From Pseudomonadota bacterium (GTDB taxonomy: Bacteria; Pseudomonadota; Alphaproteobacteria; Micavibrionales; UBA2020): 64,000 nucleotides of DNA. The position numbers and the translations under genes are program-made. The notes beneath the pieces were generated by a model that saw only the letters and a program-made list of their open reading frames with translations, had not been told where the DNA came from and did no database searches. Positions 40,448 to 48,297 of the stretch are shown piece by piece (the first letter of the stretch is position 1; every line of letters begins with the position of its first letter). Location of the stretch: positions 12,577 through 76,576 of the forward strand of contig JAJZVA010000002.1 in NCBI GenBank assembly GCA_021845905.1, given 5' to 3'.

Positions 40448-42346
40448 ATGAAAAACAACAACAAGTACGATGTCATAATTATCGGCGGCGGGCATGCCGG
40501 ATGCGAAGCCGCCGCCGCGTCCGCGCGCATGGGCGCAAAAACGCTCCTTTTGACGCATCGAATCGATACCGTCGGGGTGATGTCGTGCAATCCGGCGATC
40601 GGCGGCCTCGGCAAGGGGCATCTGGTGCGCGAGATCGACGCGCTCGATGGCGTGATGGGCCGTGTGACGGATGTTTCCGGTATCCAGTTCCGCATGCTCA
40701 ACGCCAGCAAAGGCCCGGCGGTGCGCGGGCCGCGCGCGCAGGCGGACCGCAAGCTCTACCGCCGGAACATGCAGGCGCTGCTGCTCGATTATCCCAACCT
40801 GACCGTCATCGGCGACGGGGCGGAAGACATCGTGCGTGATGAAAACACGCGTGTGACAGGCGTTTTGACGACATCGGGAGAGAATTATTCCTGCGGCGCG
40901 CTGGTCGTCACCACCGGCACGTTCCTGCGCGGCGTCATCCACCGCGGCACCACTCAGCAACAGGCAGGCAGGCTCGGCGGCGCGGAGGAACTGAACAAGC
41001 CGGAGAAACCCTCCGTCGGCCTGGCTTTGAGTCTTGAAAAGCTGAACCTGCCGATGAGCCGTCTGAAAACCGGCACGCCCGCGCGGCTCGACGGCCGCAC
41101 GATCGACCGAAGTGTCCTTGAAGAGCAAAAGGGCGACGATCCGCAGGTGCCGTTCTCGTTTCTGACGGATAAGATCAGAGTGTCGCAGATTAGTTGCCAT
41201 ATTACATATACAAATACGCAAACGCATGATATAATTAGAAAAAATTTGCACGTCGCGCCGATTTATTCCGGGCAGATCAAATCTTCCGGCCCGCGCTATT
41301 GCCCCTCGATCGAGGACAAGATCGTCCGTTTCGCGGATAAAGACCGGCACCAGGTCTTCCTTGAACCAGAAGGCCTCGACGATCACACCGTTTACCCCAA
41401 TGGCATTTCGACCTCGCTTCCGGCGGACGTGCAGGCGGCGATGATCAAAACCATTTCGGGGCTGGAAAACGCGACGATTTTGCAAGCCGGATATGCGGTG
41501 GAGTATGATTACATCGACCCGCGCTCTCTCAAACACACGCTGGAAGCCAAAACCGTTCCCGGCCTGTTTCTGGCGGGGCAGATCAACGGCACCACGGGCT
41601 ATGAAGAGGCGGCGGCGCAGGGACTGGTTGCCGGGCTGAATGCGGCGCTGTTCGCGGCGGGCGGCGCGGAGACTTTTGTGCTGGATCGGGCGGACGGCTA
41701 TATCGGCGTGATGGTGGATGACCTTGTGACGCAGGGCGTTTCCGAGCCGTACCGGATGTTCACCAGCCGCGCGGAATACAGGCTTTTACTGCGGGCGGAC
41801 AATGCCGACCAGCGCCTGACGCCGCTTGGCGTTTCCCTGGGATGCGTTGGCTCCGCGCGCGCAAAAGCCTTCGAAGTCAAGCAAAAGCAGCTCGATGTTT
41901 CACGTGAAACAATGCAAAGGCTCTCCGCGCTGCCGGTCGAGCTCGCGCGCAAGGGCTATAAGGTCAATCAGGACGGGGTGCGGCGCACGGCGCACGAGCT
42001 GATGCGCTATCCGGAGATCGATTTCAACGTGCTGAAGGCAATCTGGCCGGAACTGGCCGATATCCCGCAAGACATCGCCGAACAGGTGGAAATCGACGCC
42101 CGTTATGCCGGTTATATCCAGCGGCAGGAGGCGGATATCAAGGCTTTCCGGCGCGACGAGGCGCTGGCGCTGCCGCATGATCTGGATTACAAAACCGTCG
42201 GCAGCCTTTCCAACGAAATGCGCGTCAAACTGGGGCAATTCAAGCCGGAAACGCTCGGCGCGGCGGCGCGTATTCCGGGCGTCACGCCCGCGGCACTGAT
42301 TGCCTTGCTCCGCCACGTCAAACGGAAAGAGAAGAAAGTTGCCTGA
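40448..42346 (+). CDS. mnmG: tRNA uridine 5-carboxymethylaminomethyl modification enzyme MnmG (GidA)
   Basis: 632 aa. N-terminal FAD motif [16 protein letters not shown] and full-length similarity in architecture. Confidence 0.97.
   Translation: MKNNNKYDVIIIGGGHAGCEAAAASARMGAKTLLLTHRIDTVGVMSCNPAIGGLGKGHLVREIDALDGVMGRVTDVSGIQFRMLNASKGPAVRGPRAQADRKLYRRNMQALLLDYPNLTVIGDGAEDIVRDENTRVTGVLTTSGENYSCGALVVTTGTFLRGVIHRGTTQQQAGRLGGAEELNKPEKPSVGLALSLEKLNLPMSRLKTGTPARLDGRTIDRSVLEEQKGDDPQVPFSFLTDKIRVSQISCHITYTNTQTHDIIRKNLHVAPIYSGQIKSSGPRYCPSIEDKIVRFADKDRHQVFLEPEGLDDHTVYPNGISTSLPADVQAAMIKTISGLENATILQAGYAVEYDYIDPRSLKHTLEAKTVPGLFLAGQINGTTGYEEAAAQGLVAGLNAALFAAGGAETFVLDRADGYIGVMVDDLVTQGVSEPYRMFTSRAEYRLLLRADNADQRLTPLGVSLGCVGSARAKAFEVKQKQLDVSRETMQRLSALPVELARKGYKVNQDGVRRTAHELMRYPEIDFNVLKAIWPELADIPQDIAEQVEIDARYAGYIQRQEADIKAFRRDEALALPHDLDYKTVGSLSNEMRVKLGQFKPETLGAAARIPGVTPAALIALLRHVKRKEKKVA
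41896..41911. promoter_or_regulatory. parS site (perfect TGTTTCACGTGAAACA)
   Basis: 16-bp perfect palindrome matching the ParB-binding consensus, inside the mnmG coding sequence (encodes DVSRETM). Confidence 0.85.
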
Positions 42347-42362
42347 TTTTAGCCCCGATTTC

Positions 42363-43193
42363 ATGATGAATATAGATGTTATCATGCGCCAGTCGCGGTT
42401 GCGCGAAGCGGAGCGGAGCGCAGAGCAGTCGGCGCTTTCTTTTAAAGGCCAGTCGCGGTTGCGCGAAGCGGGCGGGCAGTCGGCGACTTTAGAAAATGTT
42501 TCACGTGAAACATTGGAGATGTTCAAGGTCTATGCGCGGCTGTTGCGCGAATGGCAGAAAACCATCAATCTGGTGAGTGAAAGCACATTGCAAGAGATTG
42601 ATATCAGGCATTTTTTAGACTCGGCACAGCTTTTCAAATATCTCCCGCAAAAGCCGGTCAAACTGGCCGATATGGGCTCCGGCGCGGGCTTTCCGGGGCT
42701 GGTTCTGGCGATGATGGGCGCGGGCGAGGTGCATTTGATTGAATCCGACGTGCGCAAGGCGACTTTTTTGCGTGAAGTTTCACGTGAAACATGGGGCCAG
42801 TCGCGGTTGCGCGAAGCGGAGCGGAGCGCAGAGCAGTCGGCGCTTTCTTTTGAAGGCCAGTCGCGGTTGTCTAATGGTTTAGCCCGCGAAGCGGGCGGGC
42901 AGTCGGCCCCTGAAAATATTGTAATTATCCACGATGACCGGGTGGAAGAGGTGGCGATCGAGGGACTGGAGGTCATCACGGCGCGGGCGCTGGCGCCGTT
43001 GAAGGACCTTCTTGCCATGAGCTGCCGCCTTGCGGCTGGAAACAATATCAAGTGCTTGTTTTTAAAGGGTGAAAAATACAAGGAAGAGATTGAAAAAGCC
43101 CAAAAACGCTTTGATTTCGTAGTCGAGATCCACCCCAGCCTGAGCGATCCCGCGGGACGTGTTTTGGAGATTTCCAACCTCGCGGCAAAGTGA
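42363..43193 (+). CDS. rsmG: 16S rRNA (guanine527-N7)-methyltransferase RsmG (GidB), carrying repeat-derived in-frame insertions
   Basis: Contains VSRETLEMFKVYARLLREWQKTINLV, SAM motif DMGSGAGFPGLVLA, FLREVSRET, and a C-terminal ITARALAPL...FLKG. The start is uncertain: ATG 42363 is upstream of repeat block A, or a TTG inside it could be used. Confidence 0.85.
   Translation: MMNIDVIMRQSRLREAERSAEQSALSFKGQSRLREAGGQSATLENVSRETLEMFKVYARLLREWQKTINLVSESTLQEIDIRHFLDSAQLFKYLPQKPVKLADMGSGAGFPGLVLAMMGAGEVHLIESDVRKATFLREVSRETWGQSRLREAERSAEQSALSFEGQSRLSNGLAREAGGQSAPENIVIIHDDRVEEVAIEGLEVITARALAPLKDLLAMSCRLAAGNNIKCLFLKGEKYKEEIEKAQKRFDFVVEIHPSLSDPAGRVLEISNLAAK
42389..42486 (+). repeat. composite repeat family, block A (S unit plus short L unit)
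   Basis: CCAGTCGCGGTTGCGCGAAGCGGAGCGGAGCGCAGAGCAGTCGG, a linker, then CCAGTCGCGGTTGCGCGAAGCGGGCGGGCAGTCGG. The block ends 10 nt before parS 42497. Confidence 0.9.
42497..42512. promoter_or_regulatory. parS site (perfect TGTTTCACGTGAAACA)
   Basis: Perfect 16-bp palindrome. It encodes the conserved N-terminal VSRET of RsmG. Confidence 0.85.
42776..42791. promoter_or_regulatory. parS site (AGTTTCACGTGAAACA, 15/16)
   Basis: The 14-bp core palindrome GTTTCACGTGAAAC is intact. It encodes the FLREVSRET motif of RsmG. Confidence 0.75.
42797..42908 (+). repeat. composite repeat family, block B (S plus L), in-frame inside rsmG
   Basis: An S unit followed by an L unit (CCAGTCGCGGTTG-TCTAATGGTTTAGCC-CGCGAAGCGGGCGGGCAGTCGG). 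The block begins 5 nt after parS 42776-42791. It translates as QSRLREAERSAEQSALSFEGQSRLSNGLAREAGGQSA. Confidence 0.9.
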
Positions 43194-43199
43194 TCAACG

Positions 43200-43432
43200 C
43201 CAGACGCGGTTGCGCCGTCTTCGGCGCAGAGCAGTCGGCGTTTTCTTTTAAAGTCCAGACGCGGTTGCCTAAGTGTTTAGCCCGCGAAGCGGGCGGGCAG
43301 TCGGCGTTTTCTTTTAAAGTCCAGACGCGGTTGCCTAAGTGTTTAGCCCGCGAAGCGGGCGGGCAGTCGGCGTTTTCTTTTAAAGTCCAGACGCGGTTGC
43401 CTAAGTGTTTAGCCCGCGAAGCGGGCGGGCGG
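43200..43432 (+). repeat. composite repeat family, block C (S-variant plus 66-bp L unit, about 3 copies)
   Basis: The unit CCAGACGCGGTTGCCTAAGTGTTTAGCCCGCGAAGCGGGCGGGCAGTCGGCGTTTTCTTTTAAAGT is repeated head-to-tail. The block fills the rsmG-parA gap and ends 14 nt before parS 43447. Confidence 0.95.
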
Positions 43433-43446
43433 CATTCTTTCAAAAA

Positions 43447-43462
43447 TGTTTCACGTGAAACA
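43447..43462. promoter_or_regulatory. parS site (perfect TGTTTCACGTGAAACA)
   Basis: Perfect 16-bp palindrome in the rsmG-parA intergenic region. Half-site-like CGTGAAAC and ATGAAACA follow at about 43478-43500. Confidence 0.85.
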
Positions 43463-43644
43463 TTTTCTCCCAAATCCCATGAAACAGCGTGAAACGGTTT
43501 CAAATATCTCTTGTTTTCAAGCACACAGCGGCACAAAACAGCGGCAAGGGAGAAAAATGACCGCCAGCGGCGGCGTAAAAGCCGATCATCCGCAAATGAT
43601 TCTCCTTGCTTGCGGGCGCGGATCTGGACTACAAATAAACCATC

Positions 43645-44664
43645 ATGAAAACAGGCGCACAGACGAAATACGTCAGCATCTCCAACCAAAAAGGCGGGGT
43701 CGGCAAGACCACGACGACCATCAATCTCGCCACAGCGCTGGCCGCGGTTGGCAAAAGAGTGCTGGTGGTGGATCTCGACCCGCAGGGCAATGCCTCGACC
43801 GGCCTCGGCATCGACCGCGCCGACCGCACGCATGGCACGTATGAGCTTCTTTTCGGTGAATGCACGGTGGAAGAAGCGGCGGTGCCGTCGCGCGTGCCTA
43901 ATCTTTCCGTAATACCGGCATCGATCCACCTCTCCGGTGCGGAGATCGAGTTAATTGACGTAAAACAGCGCGAGTTCCGTTTGAAGGAAGCGCTGAGAGG
44001 CGCGGAGAACGCGTTTGGCGCAGTGCCGGGTATGTCGGCACCCTTGGGCGCGCAAGACGCCACAGAGGCAAATGCGGGCCAAAACGGCACGGGCGGTCAA
44101 AATCAGAATTTCGACGACGCGGAAAATGGCGTGTCCTCCGCCGCCGCGGATTTGAACCCCACCGCCGCAGACGGCAAACCTGTCGACGCCGCCACCGGCG
44201 GCAAACTTGTCGGCGTCGCAGACAATAAGTATGACTACGTCCTGTTCGATTGCCCGCCGTCGCTCAACCTGCTGACGCTCAACGCGCTGATCGCCTCCGA
44301 CGGCGTGCTGGTGCCGTTGCAGTGCGAGTTCTTCGCGCTCGAAGGATTGTCACATCTCGTCAACACCATCGAGCGGGTGCGCGGCAGCTTCAACCCCGAT
44401 CTTGAATTGATGGGCGTGGTGCTGACGATGTTCGACCGCCGCAACAACCTTTGCACGCAGGTCGCCGAGAACGTCCGCGCCCACTTCGGCGACAAGGTTT
44501 ACGAGACGGTCATCCCGCGCAACGTGCGCATCTCCGAAGCGCCGTCGTTCGGCCTGCCCGCGATCGTCTACGACATGAAATGCTCCGGCTCGCAGGCTTA
44601 TATATTGCTGGCGCGGGAAATTCTCAAACGCGCGCGCGTCGCGGAGAAAAAGCGCGCGGCATAA
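43645..44664 (+). CDS. parA: chromosome partitioning ATPase ParA with an internal low-complexity insertion of about 70 aa
   Basis: Deviant Walker A KGGVGKTTTTINLA, then DLDPQGNAS and DCPPSL. The insertion is between LKEALRG and KYDYVLFDCPPSL (nt about 43999-44226). Confidence 0.93.
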   Translation: MKTGAQTKYVSISNQKGGVGKTTTTINLATALAAVGKRVLVVDLDPQGNASTGLGIDRADRTHGTYELLFGECTVEEAAVPSRVPNLSVIPASIHLSGAEIELIDVKQREFRLKEALRGAENAFGAVPGMSAPLGAQDATEANAGQNGTGGQNQNFDDAENGVSSAAADLNPTAADGKPVDAATGGKLVGVADNKYDYVLFDCPPSLNLLTLNALIASDGVLVPLQCEFFALEGLSHLVNTIERVRGSFNPDLELMGVVLTMFDRRNNLCTQVAENVRAHFGDKVYETVIPRNVRISEAPSFGLPAIVYDMKCSGSQAYILLAREILKRARVAEKKRAA

Positions 44665-44694
44665 GCTTCAGGATAAATTTCAAGGAGAAACGTC

Positions 44695-45759
44695 ATGGCG
44701 ACGGAAACGAGAAAACGGGGATTGGGGCGCGGGCTTGACGCGCTGTTTCAGGACGCCCGCCGCGAAGAGGATTCCTTCAGTCAAAAGCAGCGCGCGCCAG
44801 ATGAAATGCAGCGCGCGGAAACACGCGCGCCCGCGCGCCCCGCGCAAAATGAAATGGAGCGTGCAGAATCACGCACGGCGGAGCGTGCAGAATCAAGAAT
44901 CATCCGCGCCTCGGAAATGGCCGCCTCCGCGGTTGAAACGAAATCCATGACCGCCGCGCCGCGGACGCTGCCCGTCGACCGCCTGCAGCCCGGCAAGTTC
45001 CAGCCCCGCAGCCACTTCGACGAAGAAGCGCTGGCCAGTCTCGCCGCTTCCATCGCCGTGCACGGCGTCTTGCAGCCGCTCCTGGTGCGCCCGCTGAGAG
45101 ACGGCGTCTCTTACGAGATCATCGCCGGCGAGCGCCGCTGGCGCGCGGCGCAGAAAGCGCAAGTGCACGACGTGCCGGTCGTCATTCAGGAGATGAGCGA
45201 CAACGACGCGCTGGAAATCGCCCTGATCGAAAACCTCCAGCGCGAGGACCTGAACCCGCTCGAAGAGGCCGAGGGCTATCAGCGGCTGATGGACGAGTTC
45301 CGCCACACGCAGGACGTGCTCGCGCACCGTCTGGGCAAAAGCCGCAGCCACGTCGCCAACATGCTCCGCCTTTTGAAGCTGCCGCCGCGCGTGCGCAAAT
45401 ATCTGCAGGACGGCCAGCTCAGCATCGGCCATGCCCGCGCGCTGATCGGCGTTGAAAATCCCGAGCCGCTCGCCGACGCGATCGTCAGAAAATCCTTAAG
45501 CGTCCGCCAGACCGAGGCGCTCGTCAAAGGCGCGGACGACAAAAAGGCCAGAGCTTCGCAAAAGCGCAAGCCGAAAAACTACGTGCCGCGCGATGTCGAC
45601 GTGATGGCGCTCGAAGAGCGCATGACAGCGCTGCTCGGCCTTAAGGTCGCCATCGACGGCGAGGGCACGGAAGGCGTCTTGCGCATCGAATACAAATCCC
45701 TCGACCAGCTCGACGACCTGATCGAACGTCTCACGCAGTTGCCGGTCACGAAATACTGA
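44695..45759 (+). CDS. parB: chromosome partitioning protein ParB
   Basis: Contains LGRGLDALF, GERRWRAA and an HTH region. The N-terminal linker is expanded by internal repeats EMQRAETRA / EMERAESRTAERAESR (nt about 44803-44898). Confidence 0.95.
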   Translation: MATETRKRGLGRGLDALFQDARREEDSFSQKQRAPDEMQRAETRAPARPAQNEMERAESRTAERAESRIIRASEMAASAVETKSMTAAPRTLPVDRLQPGKFQPRSHFDEEALASLAASIAVHGVLQPLLVRPLRDGVSYEIIAGERRWRAAQKAQVHDVPVVIQEMSDNDALEIALIENLQREDLNPLEEAEGYQRLMDEFRHTQDVLAHRLGKSRSHVANMLRLLKLPPRVRKYLQDGQLSIGHARALIGVENPEPLADAIVRKSLSVRQTEALVKGADDKKARASQKRKPKNYVPRDVDVMALEERMTALLGLKVAIDGEGTEGVLRIEYKSLDQLDDLIERLTQLPVTKY

Positions 45760-45782
45760 CTTTTATTTATTAAACATAATAC

Positions 45783-45811
45783 TTGACATTGTAATTAACT
45801 TCTGATATATT
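45783..45811 (+). promoter_or_regulatory. sigma-70-type promoter TTGACA-N17-TATATT
   Basis: TTGACA at 45783-45788, a 17-nt spacer, then TATATT at 45806-45811. It is followed by RBS AGAGGAGA and the 45889 ATG. Confidence 0.6.
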
Positions 45812-45888
45812 TTCTGAAATGGAAAGTTTCGGGAAGTTTTATTGATTCGCCTTGAAATTTAATATCTTAAAAAAAGAGGAGACACGTC

Positions 45889-46353
45889 ATGAAAAGCAAG
45901 TTTAACGCATCGAGCGGTCTGGATGTAACGCAGGTGGCGGGCGTCCTCGCCGAGATGCAGGACATGTCGCGCATCAATGCGTTGCTCGAACAGATCACCG
46001 CCGCTTCCGAAAGCGATCTCAACGCCTGGCAGAAGGCCGAGAAAACGCTCAACGCGCTGATCTCCTTCACGCAGGATGTGCGCAACGAGGCCTACAAGGA
46101 TCTCGACATGCCCGCGCTTTCGCAGCAACAGGCGTTCGATCTCGCGGCGGAGGGCCTGGCGCAGGATATCGGCCGCGCGCGCTATTTGAAAATGCAGCTC
46201 GATGCCGTCGCGGCGGAAGACCTCAACCCGCGCGAAGCCGCGGCGCGGATGCTGATCACGGTCGTCGGCTATGTGGAAGGCCTGCGCAACGACATGGGAA
46301 AACCCAGGACGCCGTGCGCCGTGCTCGCGCCGGGGAACGATTTCGTGCATTGA
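45889..46353 (+). CDS. hypothetical protein (orphan)
   Basis: 154-aa ORF with a strong promoter and RBS. It is predicted helical. No family recognised. Confidence 0.55.
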   Translation: MKSKFNASSGLDVTQVAGVLAEMQDMSRINALLEQITAASESDLNAWQKAEKTLNALISFTQDVRNEAYKDLDMPALSQQQAFDLAAEGLAQDIGRARYLKMQLDAVAAEDLNPREAAARMLITVVGYVEGLRNDMGKPRTPCAVLAPGNDFVH

Positions 46354-46377
46354 GCGCTGCGCTTCTTCCCTTGTTTT

Positions 46378-46447
46378 GATGTCGCGTTCCACGCGCGGCT
46401 TATGTCGCGTTCCACGCGCGGTTGATATCGCGTTTCACGCACGCCTT
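46378..46447. repeat. about 24-bp tandem repeat x3 overlapping the holA stop codon
   Basis: GATGTCGCGTTCCACGCGCGGCTT / ATGTCGCGTTCCACGCGCGGTTG / ATATCGCGTTTCACGCACGCCTT. The holA TGA lies in the third copy. The other two copies carry TGG at the equivalent position. Confidence 0.85.
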
Positions 46448-47490
46448 CTGACGGCGCGGGCGCCGAGTTGCGCGAGCGAGAGGACGGCGCGTCCGCAGAA
46501 GGTTTCCGGCGACGATCCTGTCTGCTTGCAGCGCGCTTCCGCTTCCATCAGGACGGTGAGCGCCTGCTCGATCTGCGCGCCGCTCCAGCCGTTGAGTTGC
46601 GCCGTGAAGGCGTTTTTGACCTTCCAGAAGACGGCGGGCTTCAGCATCTTCATCGCCGTTTCGACGTCGAGCCCCTGCTGCATCCGCGCCTTGGTGACCG
46701 AGAGGCGCAGGAAATGGTTTTGCAGCGCGCGCAGGACGCGCACCGGCTCGACGCCTTCGGAGAAGACGAAAGAGAGGATCCTGTCGGCTTGCGCGAAATC
46801 CCCGCCCGCGACGCATTGCGCGAGGTCTTCGAGCGAAAGGACGGCGCTGCTGCCGGTCGCGGCGACGGCGTCTTCCAGCGTGATGTTCTTGACGCCGCCC
46901 ATGTAGGTGACGAGCTTTTCCACCTCCGAGCGGGCGACGGCGCGGTCGCCCGCCACGCTGGCGGCGATGTGCGCGAGCGCGTCGCCAGAACAGGCGTAGC
47001 CCGCGCTCCGCAACGCGTCGGCGATCACGCGTCCGATGCTGCGCGCGTCGTCGACGTAGCAGGGCAGGGCGGCGGCGTTGGGCGCGGATTCGAACAGCGC
47101 GCGGAGCTTGTCCTTCGGCGCGAGGTTGCCCGCCTCGACGAGCACGAGATTGTCGCCGTCCTTCATTCCTTCGAGCGCGTTTCTGACCGCGCCCGCGGCT
47201 TTCTCGGAAGCGTCGCGCAGGCGCACCACGCGGCGGCCATCTTTGCTGTTTGCGCCGAGCATGGAGATCGACCGCGCCTCGTCGAGCAGGCGGGCGGGAT
47301 TGTCGCTCAGGGCCTCGCCGGAGAATTCGACGACGTTGAAGGGATCGCGGATGTCCGCCACCACCGATCTGGCGAGCTGGTCGAGCCGCTCGCGCACCAG
47401 CCCTTCGTCCGGCCCGTAGACCAGCACGGCGAGAACGTGGGCGGGCGGTTTTTTGAGAAAAGGCTCGATGTCGCGGAAGGCGAGCTTCAT
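46435..47490 (-). CDS. holA: DNA polymerase III subunit delta
   Basis: 351 aa. The N-terminal VLVYGPDEGLVRERL pattern is present, as is the conserved leuS-lptE-holA gene order. Confidence 0.8.
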   Translation of the reverse strand: MKLAFRDIEPFLKKPPAHVLAVLVYGPDEGLVRERLDQLARSVVADIRDPFNVVEFSGEALSDNPARLLDEARSISMLGANSKDGRRVVRLRDASEKAAGAVRNALEGMKDGDNLVLVEAGNLAPKDKLRALFESAPNAAALPCYVDDARSIGRVIADALRSAGYACSGDALAHIAASVAGDRAVARSEVEKLVTYMGGVKNITLEDAVAATGSSAVLSLEDLAQCVAGGDFAQADRILSFVFSEGVEPVRVLRALQNHFLRLSVTKARMQQGLDVETAMKMLKPAVFWKVKNAFTAQLNGWSGAQIEQALTVLMEAEARCKQTGSSPETFCGRAVLSLAQLGARAVRRRA

Positions 47491-48146
47491 GGCGCTGCGC
47501 CGGAGGGCGCGGCCTCTTTTTTCGCGGCGGCCTCTTTTTTCGCGATGGTCGTGTTCTTCGTGGCCGCGCGCTTCGCGGCGGCGGCCACGGCCAGGTCTTT
47601 TATCGCGCGGCGGCGGAAATAGAGGCTGAGGTCGGTCACCACGTCGTCGCGCATTTCCTGCAGGATGCTTTCGGTGATGTTCTGCTGGCTCATCAGCGTG
47701 GCGAGCTGGTCGTCTTGCAGGTTGTAGGCGCCGACGGTCTTGAGATCGCGCGTCAGCAGCACCTTGCCGCTGGCGCTGTCGGCGAGCTGCATTTCCGTCG
47801 AGATGCCGATCTGCGCGCGGGTCGCGGTGCCGTTTTTCTGCAGGCCGAGATCGACGATGTTCTTGTCCAGCGGCGAGAAGCGCAAGGTATAGGGCGCGTC
47901 GGCGGGCGCGCCGTGCGTATAAAGCCTGTCCATCAGCAGGTTGCGCAAATATTGCCCGTCGCGCCCGGGGATGCTGGCGATCTCGATGTCGGGCAGGGCC
48001 GCCGCCGTGGCCGCCGCGACGCCGTGATCGCCGTACATCGGCTCGAAGCCGCAGGCGGAGAGGCTCGCCAGCGCAAGGCAGCAGACCAGCGCGAGGAATA
48101 GTTTTTTAACCCCAGTCGCGGTTGCGTGAAGCGAAGCGGAACGCAG
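47487..48146 (-). CDS. lptE: LPS-assembly lipoprotein LptE (start codon uncertain)
   Basis: Lipobox LASLSAC, followed by a GFEPMYG mature N-terminus. It lies between leuS and holA. No ATG, GTG or TTG precedes the signal peptide, apart from the ATG at 48311 that lies 5' of repeat block D. The coordinate 48146 is an in-frame CTG inside the repeat block. Confidence 0.6.
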   Translation of the reverse strand: MRSASLHATATGVKKLFLALVCCLALASLSACGFEPMYGDHGVAAATAAALPDIEIASIPGRDGQYLRNLLMDRLYTHGAPADAPYTLRFSPLDKNIVDLGLQKNGTATRAQIGISTEMQLADSASGKVLLTRDLKTVGAYNLQDDQLATLMSQQNITESILQEMRDDVVTDLSLYFRRRAIKDLAVAAAAKRAATKNTTIAKKEAAAKKEAAPSGAAP

Positions 48147-48284
48147 AACAGTCGGGGTATTTTTATTACCCCCAGTCGCGGTTGTGGCATGGTTTAGCCC
48201 GCGGAGCGGGCGGGCAGTCGGGGTATTTTTATTACCCCCAGTCGCGGTTGCGGCATGGTTTAGCCCGCGGAGCGGGCGGGTATC
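48111..48284 (+). repeat. composite repeat family, block D (S plus L plus truncated L)
   Basis: CCCAGTCGCGGTTGCGTGAAGCGAAGCGGAACGCAGAACAGTCGG, then CCCAGTCGCGGTTGTGGCATGGTTTAGCCCGCGGAGCGGGCGGGCAGTCGG, then a truncated copy. It has the same orientation and S-then-L order as blocks A-C. Confidence 0.9.
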
Positions 48285-48297
48285 GCGGATATTTTTT

